Source: Octopus sinensis
Taxonomy: Eukaryota
DNA length: 26,570 nucleotides
NCBI RefSeq assembly: GCF_006345805.1
Contig: NW_021836006.1
Coordinates: 1-26,570 of the forward strand
Direction: 5' to 3'
The notes under the pieces are model-generated. The model was not told where the DNA came from, made no database searches, and saw nothing but the letters and a program-made list of their open reading frames with translations. The translations under genes and the position numbers were made by a program. Shown piece by piece: positions 20,244 through 26,570 of the stretch. The stretch's first letter is position 1. Every line of letters starts with the position of its first letter.

Positions 20244-20830
20244 TAAGGTGGCGATCTGGAAGAGTTGATAGCACATTGGACGAAATGCTTAGCGGTATTT
20301 CGTCTGCCGTTACGTTCTGAGTTCAAATTCCGCCGAGGTCGACTTTGCCTTTCATCCTTTCGGGGTCGATAAATTAAGTACCAGTTACGCACTGGGATCG
20401 ATATAATCGACTTAATCCGTGTGTCTGTCCTTGTTTGTCCTCTCTGTGTTTAGCCCCTTGTGGGTAGTAAAGAAATAGGTATTTCGTCTGTTTTTACGTT
20501 CTGAGTTCAAATTCCGCCGGGGTCGACTTTGCCTTTCATCCTTTCGGGGTCGATTAAATAAGTACCAGTTACGCACTTGGGTCGATATGTTCGACTTAAT
20601 CCGTTTGTCTGTCCTTGTTTGTCCTCTCTGTGTTTAGCCCCTTGTGGGTAGTAAAGCAATAGGTATTTCATCTGCCGCTACGTGCTGAGTTCAAATTCCG
20701 CTGAGGTTGACTTTGCTCTTCATTCTTTTGGGGTCGATAAATTAAGTACCAGTTGCGTACTGGTGTCGATGTAATCGACTGGCTCCCTTCTCCCAAATTT
20801 CAGGCCTTGTGCCCATAACAGAAAATATTA
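20244..20830 (+). mobile_element. Head-to-tail trimer of family B SINE, period 184 bp
   Basis: GGTATTTC recurs at 20294, 20478 and 20662. Units 1 and 2 end ...CCCCTTGTGGGTAGTAAAG(A/C)AATA, whereas unit 3 carries the other family B tail. Confidence 0.93.
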
Positions 20831-20883
20831 TTGTTGTTGTTGTTGTTGTTGATAATGTTGTTTTCATCTTTGATGAAGCAAGC

Positions 20884-20970
20884 ACATGAACAAAAGAGAT
20901 TCCAGCCGTGACCAGCCTGTCCTGTTTTATATTTTCAGAGACACTGTATCTAAGTTAACGTTATGTAATG
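20884..20970 (-). repeat. Unclassified interspersed repeat (family D), copy 2
   Basis: TCCAGCCGTGACCA (20901-20914) is the reverse complement of 19228-19241. Confidence 0.55.
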
Positions 20971-21097
20971 AATTCCTTTATAAAGTCGATAGGATGTGAA
21001 TCGAAAGAGATTTGGCTGTTACTTCTTGCAGATCGACGTAACAGTTGTGCACGTTTATGTATTTGAATTGACAGAAGTGCATAAATGTTACAAGGCA

Positions 21098-21345
21098 GTG
21101 TGTGTGTGTGTGTGTGTGTGTGTCTGTGTCTGTGTCTGTGTCTGTGTGTGCGCGCGTGTGTGTGCGTGTGCGTGGGGGGCATTTCGATATCAGAATCTGC
21201 ATTGAGAGTGAGTATAATAAAGTTGTGTGCATGTGTGTGTGTGTTCGGATATGTGTGTGTGTGTGAGTGTGTGTGTGTGTGTGTGTGTGGTGTGTGTGTG
21301 TGTGTGTGTGTGTGTACGTGTGTGTTCGTGACTAAATCCGTATGT
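21098..21345. repeat. (TG)n/(TGTC)n microsatellites
   Basis: Directly visible. Confidence 0.92.
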
Positions 21346-21629
21346 GAACAAATTGTACGCGAGGAGAAAGTTATGAGCAAATATGAACAGCTGCCAGCCT
21401 CTAATCAGATATCTGTCTATGGAGATAGAAGCTTCTAGATAAATGGTTAACTAGGGCCCTTAACACCCTACACCCACCACCACCACCACCACCACCACCA
21501 CCACTACCACTACTGCTACTGCTACAAGTTACTGTTCGCTTCCCTCGTATTTAATTGGTGAATAGGTCAACGGATTGAATGTAGGAGACTTCATTTCTTG
21601 ATGCAGATCAGCGTATACCTACAATCTTC

Positions 21630-21704
21630 AGTGTGTGCGTGTGTACTTACACACAAACAGTGTGTACTTACACACATGTATGAATACACATATGTGTGTA
21701 TATC

Positions 21705-21745
<41 letters not shown>

Positions 21746-21861
21746 ATATATATACATATATATAACCTCTATATCATATATAATTCATTAATGTGCGTGT
21801 GTATGCATGTATGTGTGCATCACACACACACCTATATAGAGCGAGAGATTATGTAATTATG

Positions 21862-21915
<54 letters not shown>

Positions 21916-22012
21916 CGTGTGTGTGTACTTACACACACACATACACACATGTATGAATACACATATGTGTGTGTATGTGTATGTGTGTGTGTGTTCGCGC
22001 GCGTGCGTGTGT
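21630..22012. repeat. (TG)/(TA)/(CA) microsatellite with a local duplication
   Basis: Directly visible; a 29-nt exact repeat occurs at 21671-21699 and 21944-21972. Confidence 0.9.
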
Positions 22013-22203
22013 AATGGGATTTTTTAGTATACCCCAGCAATTCTATCTTCAGCGAGTGATTCCTAGGTTCCTAGACAAACTCGAGGATTAAAAAAGAAGC
22101 TTCGATGGCGTTTAGGACACCCGATGAACGGATGTGGTCAGACAGGTTCCTGGAACTTACTACCAAGCTTTGCATCTAAAATGGTTGCATTATCGCATCG
22201 CTT

Positions 22204-22622
22204 GGATCTTTTCGGTTTGAACGGCAGTTTTTTCTAGCGGTGTCATATGAAATTGTCACCCATAATTATGACCCTAGTATCGATCTATTGCATTTCAATC
22301 TCATTTAGGGTTCGGGTTAGGGGCAGGGGAAAGGGTATCTTTTTTTCTTCACAAATGTAAATAAACCCAATCTGTTTCTTAAACGAGGGACATATTCATA
22401 CGGCACAGAATGTTTTTTTACCCCAATAGACGTCAGTGATTGGTTGAAATTGCAGAAATTGAGGGAAAAAAAACAACAAATATCTTACAAACTATAGAAT
22501 TTTCTCAATAAAGCCAAGAGAAAAAGATGTTTTATAAACACATTCTACCAGTATACGAAGTTTAAAATTTTTTAGTTACCTAGAAATTATGTTAAAAACT
22601 GCCGTTCAAACCGAAAAGATCC
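22204..22622. mobile_element. Complete MITE, probably Merlin superfamily (419 bp)
   Basis: Perfect 29-bp TIRs GGATCTTTTCGGTTTGAACGGCAGTTTTT (22204-22232 and 22594-22622) and a perfect 8-bp TSD CATCGCTT (22196-22203, 22623-22630). GG-ended TIRs with an 8-bp TSD fit Merlin/IS1016; MULE is a less likely alternative. Confidence 0.88.
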
Positions 22623-22668
22623 CATCGCTTTTCTGCGACGTTTGAGACGTGGCCTCTGTATCAATGCC

Positions 22669-23061
22669 GGAGGCGCAATGGCCCAGTGGTTAGGGCAGCG
22701 GACTCGCGGTCATAGGATCGCGGTTTCGATTCCCAGACCGGGCGTTGTGAGTGTTTATTGAGCGAAAACACCTAAAAGCTCCACGAGGCTCCGGCAGGGG
22801 TTGGTGGTGATCCCTGCTGTACTCTTTCACCACAACTTTCTCTCACTCTTACTTCCTGTTTCTGTTGTACCTGTATTTCAAGGGGCCGGCCTTGTCACTC
22901 TCTGTGTCACGCTGAATATCCCGAAATCCGGTAACTACGTGTCTGTGGGTGCAGTGTCTGTGGAGGCTCAGCCACTTACACGTTAATTTCACGAGCAGGC
23001 TGTTCCGTTGATTCGGATCAACCGAACCCTCATCGTCGTAACCGACGGAGTGCTTCCATCA
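22669..23061 (+). mobile_element. Family C SINE, full length
   Basis: GGAGGCGCAATGGCCCAGTGGTTAGGGCAGCGGACTCGCGGTCATAGGATCGCGGTTTCGATTCCC head; perfect 10-bp TSD TATCAATGCC at 22659-22668 and 23062-23071. Confidence 0.95.
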
Positions 23062-23103
23062 TATCAATGCCACATCAAAATACTGGAAAGATTTTACCAG
23101 AAG

Positions 23104-23359
23104 CGAATAATAAGAGTAGAAATTAATATTATTTAATAATATCAATTTCAACTAGTGGTCAGCATACTTAAAAATGTCTGAGAACCGTGAATTCTATTTA
23201 AATATGAACAACATGAGAGATCAGTGTGAGGATCCCTTATATGCTAAAAATAGACGTCAAACCATCTTACTACTAATTCTGTGTTCTCAACTTAGTAGTA
23301 ACACGGTTGGACGTCTATTTTTAGCATACAAAGGATCCACATAGTGGTCTCTCATATTG
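23104..23359. mobile_element. Unclassified insertion ending in a 70-bp-arm hairpin
   Basis: It interrupts the RTE frame between FYQK and CLRR and is flanked by TTTACCAGAAG (23093-23103) and TTTACTAGAAG (23360-23370). Inverted arms 23207-23276 and 23292-23361 match at 60 of 70 positions with no indels and a 15-nt loop. Confidence 0.75.
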
Positions 23360-23436
23360 TTTACTAGAAGTGTTTACGTCGTATATTAAATATCAGCTGG
23401 AATCTTTTTAAACCCGACAGAGAAGTATTAAAAAGA

Positions 23437-23845
23437 TGCAACCACGTGGTTTCGGCTTCTGTAACAATGCGTGGTATCTTGGACAAGTTCTTCCACCATA
23501 GCCCAGGGCCGGCCGTGAATTTGGTAGAATAAAATGTATGGAAGCCTATTGTATATGTACGCATGTGTGAATGTATGTATGTGTATAATAATGCATATAT
23601 TATTTTATGTATGTGTGTATTATGTAAGCATGTGTGTCTGTGTGTATGTGCCTGCTTCTGTGTGTTTATCTTCAATCGCCGCTTGTCAACCGGTGTTCTT
23701 TTGTTCACGTCCTCGTATCGGCCGGTTCGGCAAAAGTGATCCAGAGAATAATACCACAGTGTCGACTTGTTTGACTAAACTCTTCAATGCAGTGCCCCAA
23801 CATGGTTACAGTCCAATGATGAAACAAGCAAAAGATAGAAGATAT
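23437..23845 (+). mobile_element. Old 5'-truncated family A SINE
   Basis: CAACCACGTGGTT...GCGTGGTATCTTGGACAAG, internal microsatellite, then CCGCTTGTCAACCGG...GGTTCGGCAAAAG...GTGCCCCAACATGG...GAAACAAGCAAAAGA. Confidence 0.8.
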
Positions 23846-24127
23846 AGCATGGATCGTAGCAGACTGGCGAAGCCGTCACATTATGGTGAATTACTTCTTG
23901 CTAAGTGTCCGCAGTCTAAACCGAAGACAAGATTTCATGATGCTGCATAAGATAATCTTAAGTCATTGAACATTATCGCTGTTAATTGAATAGAAATGAA
24001 TGGCAACGTGTAACCAGGAAAACAAGGCAGCGACTTGAAAAGAAATATCGAAAAGTGAAAAGTAACGCCCCAAAACTACAGCCTGTTGAAGTTCTGTATG
24101 TTAGAGATAGTCAGAGTTGGTCTAGTA

Positions 24128-24403
24128 CAGTGGTTCCCAAAATGGGCGGTATTGCCCCTCTGGGGACGGTGGAAAGTTCCAATGGGTGGGGTTGAAAAAA
24201 GTGGGGCGATAATAGGGTAGCGTTTTATGTAAAAACAACAAAATAATGAATTCATTAGGTTAAGTTGTATTTGTGAAATACAGTTGCTTTGAATTTGCTT
24301 CAGAAAGAGGTCTATGCTTGCGATGGTTATTTGGGCTGGGGGCGCTCGGAATGTGGCCTGGGTGTCAAAGAGGCGACAGCCCGAAAAAGTTTGGAAACCA
24401 CTG
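24128..24403. mobile_element. Complete hAT (Charlie/Buster-like) MITE, 276 bp
   Basis: TIRs CAGTGGTTCCCAAA and TTTGGAAACCACTG (13 of 14 match). The 8-bp TSD GTCTAGTA (24120-24127) / GTCTAGAA (24404-24411) fits the NTCTAGAN target of Charlie-type hATs. Confidence 0.9.
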
Positions 24404-24584
24404 GTCTAGAATTACATTTGAAAATGTTCGGTCTTTTGGTCGGTAAAACATCATTCGTCAGAAAACGAACCGGAGGCGTTTATATGCCTGCCGTACATCA
24501 GCCACTCCTGAACACTGCGGTTATCTATAGTCATCCTTCGCCAACTTGTGCTCATCTACTATCGGGTTGAAAATCCGTTTTGAA

Positions 24585-24824
24585 TGGCTGTGTGGTAAGT
24601 AGCTTGCTTACCAACCACATGGTTCCGGGTTCAGTCCTACTGCGTGGCACCTTGGGTAAGTGTCTTCTACTATAGCCTCGGGCCGACCAAAGCCTTGTGA
24701 GTGGATTTGGTAGACGGAAAGTGAAAGAAGCCCGTCGTATATATGTATATATATGTGTGTGTATATGTTTACGTCTGTGTTTGTGCCCTCAACATCACTG
24801 ACAACCGATGCTGGTGTGTTTACG
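24585..24824 (+). mobile_element. Family A SINE, 3'-truncated
   Basis: TGGCTGTGTGGTAAGTAGCTTGCTTACCAACCACATGGTTCCGGG...GAAGCCCGTCG, a short microsatellite, then the tail stops at GGTGTGTTTACG. Confidence 0.92.
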
Positions 24825-24979
24825 CATGGTTCTTGGTTCTGGGTTCAATCCCACTGCGTGGCACTTTGGGCAAGTGTCTCCTATAATAGCCTCACTACAG
24901 ACCAAAGCCGTGTGAGTGCATTTGGTAGGCGGAAATGAAAGAAGCCCATCGTACACACACACATACACACACATATATG

Positions 24980-25010
<31 letters not shown>

Positions 25011-25330
25011 TTACGTATGTATGTATGTATGTATGTATGTATGTATGTATGCATGTCTATGTATATATATATATATATGTATGTATATATACATGTGCGT
25101 GTATGTGTGCTTGTCTTTGAATCTGTTTGTTCCCCAACACCGCTTAACAACCGATGTTGGTGTGTTTATGTCCCCATGATTTAGCGATTCGGCAAAAAAG
25201 ACCCGCTAGAGTAAGTACCAGGCTTTAAAAAAAAGTAAGTACTGGGGTCGATTCGTTCGACTAAAATTCTCACCAAGGAGGTGCCCCAACATGGCCGCAG
25301 TCTAATGACAGAAACAAGTAAAAATTAAAA
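24825..25330 (+). mobile_element. Family A SINE, 5'-truncated, fused to the previous copy
   Basis: Starts CATGGTTC...GGGTTCAATCCCACTGCGTGGCACTTTGGGCAAGTG, has an internal (TGTA)n and a tail to GACAGAAACAAGTAAAA. Confidence 0.9.
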
Positions 25331-25439
25331 AGTCGGAATTAGGTAGTTATCTAAAAGCCAGTGATTTAGGGAAATAATTGCAATAAGTGATTATGCTCGA
25401 AACTGAATTTAAAATCCCCGTTTCCCAACCCACCATATA

Positions 25440-26356
25440 TTAGGTCGTCAGATAAATTCGTTCGTTTCTTTCCACTGTTAATTGAATTAACACGGAAAAT
25501 AACTTTATCGTAGAGCTCTATTGATATCTTGTAGCTCCACTTCTCTCCTATAGGCTTTGTTTATCGTTTTTGAAATCAGCTTTAAAATGTTACATTTTCA
25601 GACATACGAGAATGGAGAAAAAATAACTAGAAACAAAAACTAAAATAAGCAATTTTGATACCTGATACTCTTTGCTTTCAATCGAGATTCTAGAGCTTCC
25701 AAATCCGCTCGAGACATTTGGAGCTATACACAGAGAAGGTGCTATTGCTGTGCACAGAAATTGCTTTCACACACATGGAGAGGAAATTCGACATCACAGA
25801 TTCTCCGTGTTTCGGTCAACCTATTCAGTTCAATGAGGATCGATTGAATAAGCTCATCCACGAAGACTGATTGAATGAGTTTATTCACAAGGCTCCACGC
25901 CAGTCCACTAGGAAATTGACCCAACAGACGGGATGCTCTCGCGACACTGTGGACCGTCACCTTCACTCGATCGGTAAAGTTCAAAGAACAACACGAGTGT
26001 TGACACAATTTGCTTCTTCAAGATGACAACGCTTGTTCCATCAAACATTTTATGGAAGAGGTCGGGTGGGAAGTTCTACCGCACCCACCGTATTCTCCTG
26101 CTTAGTGCCACCAAATTATTGCCTTTCTCGGTCTGCGAGGCGTTTCGTCCAGCAACGACGTGGAGACGAAAACGAGGCATGATAAATTCTCCGAGTCAAG
26201 ATCCGATTATTTCTACCGTCAAAGCATTGAGAAGCTAGGGAAACGTTGGCAAGAAGTAACGAACAATGACGGAGAGTATGTTATTGACTGATTTGTTAAA
26301 ATATTTGATGAAAAATAAGAATTGAAATAAACGGGGGAGAAAACAACGAACGAATG
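25440..26356 (+). mobile_element. Internally deleted mariner transposon relic
   Basis: TA (25438-39) then the left TIR TTAGGTCGTCAGATAAATTCGTTCGTTT; partial right TIR AACGAACGAAT near 26346-26356; transposase relic inside. Confidence 0.88.
25612..26291 (+). pseudogene. Mariner (Tc1/mariner) transposase pseudogene
   Basis: Fragments in shifting frames: LILFAFNRDSRASKSARDI; FDITDSPCFGQPIQFNEDRLNKLIHED; PRQSTRKLTQQTGCSRDTVDRHLHSIGKVQ; DNACSIKHFMEEVGWEVLPHPPYSP(D)L; FYRQSIEKLGKRWQEVTNNDGEYVID*. The WVPHEL region is deleted. Confidence 0.92.
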
Positions 26357-26359
26357 TAT

Positions 26360-26435
26360 TTGTGTGTATGTATGTCTGTGTGTGCGTGTGTGTGTTAGTG
26401 AATGCATATTTGCGTGCGTGTGTGTGTATGTGTGC

Positions 26436-26468
<33 letters not shown>

Positions 26469-26505
26469 GGTGTGTGTGTATGTGTGCTTGTGTGTGTGTG
26501 TGTCT
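26360..26505. repeat. (TG)n microsatellite
   Basis: Directly visible. Confidence 0.95.
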
Positions 26506-26570
26506 GCTGAAGCATTAAACTTCCAAGCATTATGAAATTATTACCCTTAAATGTATTGTACTCTCTTTTG

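Larger units (their letters stand above)
22021..24430 (+). pseudogene. Decayed RTE-clade LINE ORF2 C-terminal region, split by five insertions
   Basis: After removing the insertions the pieces read YPSNSIFSE*FLGS*TNSRIKKEASMAFRTPDERMWSDRFLELTTKLCI*NGCIIASL|FCDV/ETWPLYQC|HIKILERFYQK|CLRRILNISWNLFKPDREVLKRCN|MDRSRLAKPSHYGELLLAKCPQSKPKTRFHDAA*DNLKSLNI..NRNEWQR..RVGL|ELHLK. This follows the RTE/BovB-type post-RT consensus (YLGS..EI..RI.KAS.AFGRL..VW..TKL.VY..LLYGCETW.LY..H...LE.FHQRCLR.IL.I.W..RLPK...YGEL..R..DR..WR..GL..H). Confidence 0.85.

Noticed and set aside
20294-20830. CRISPR array or hammerhead retrozyme
   Set aside because: The units are 184-bp SINE copies with no repeat-spacer structure and no cas genes. 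There is no CTGANGA...GAAA core on either strand.
22305-22323. Interstitial telomere or chromosome fusion scar
   Set aside because: Only about three degenerate units, and they are internal to a TIR- and TSD-bounded MITE.
22669-22745. tRNA genes at the SINE heads (also at 4487, 7910, 14950-15023 and 18500-18571)
   Set aside because: The heads have A and B boxes but run into SINE bodies, some are bounded by TSDs, and I cannot close a complete cloverleaf with an acceptor stem.
1217-26530. Most ORFs in the supplied track (YI, HT, MYVC, CV, LS, poly-L/T/V/S/N)
   Set aside because: They are translations of di-, tri- and tetranucleotide microsatellites or of SINE sequence, open in several frames and on both strands, with no protein-family signal.

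Overview
Eukaryotic, gene-poor DNA made almost entirely of transposable-element debris and microsatellites, so it is probably intronic or intergenic. The three tRNA-derived SINE families and the very high microsatellite load suggest an octopus (coleoid cephalopod) genome; this is my recognition from recall, not a database result. I find no intact protein-coding gene, no true RNA gene and no CRISPR array. Nearly all ORFs in the supplied track are translations of microsatellites. Supported content: about 28 SINE copies or fragments in three families (labelled A, B and C here); two non-autonomous Helitron-like elements; a complete Merlin-like MITE; two hAT MITEs; mariner and pogo/Tigger transposase relics; two foldback elements; and a decayed RTE-clade LINE 3' end (about 22.0-24.4 kb) split by five later insertions. 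The sequence does not demonstrate a new biological system. The best leads are: (i) a 188-bp near-perfect foldback element with a canonical G-quadruplex motif on each strand, (ii) the five-fold nested RTE, (iii) a fixed-spacing GTCGA-N5-TCGAC palindrome shared by two SINE families, (iv) an asymmetric hairpin-ended insertion with a target duplication, and (v) a possible decayed HNH/His-Me nuclease frame. SINE and microsatellite boundaries are approximate; TIR and TSD coordinates were counted base by base.
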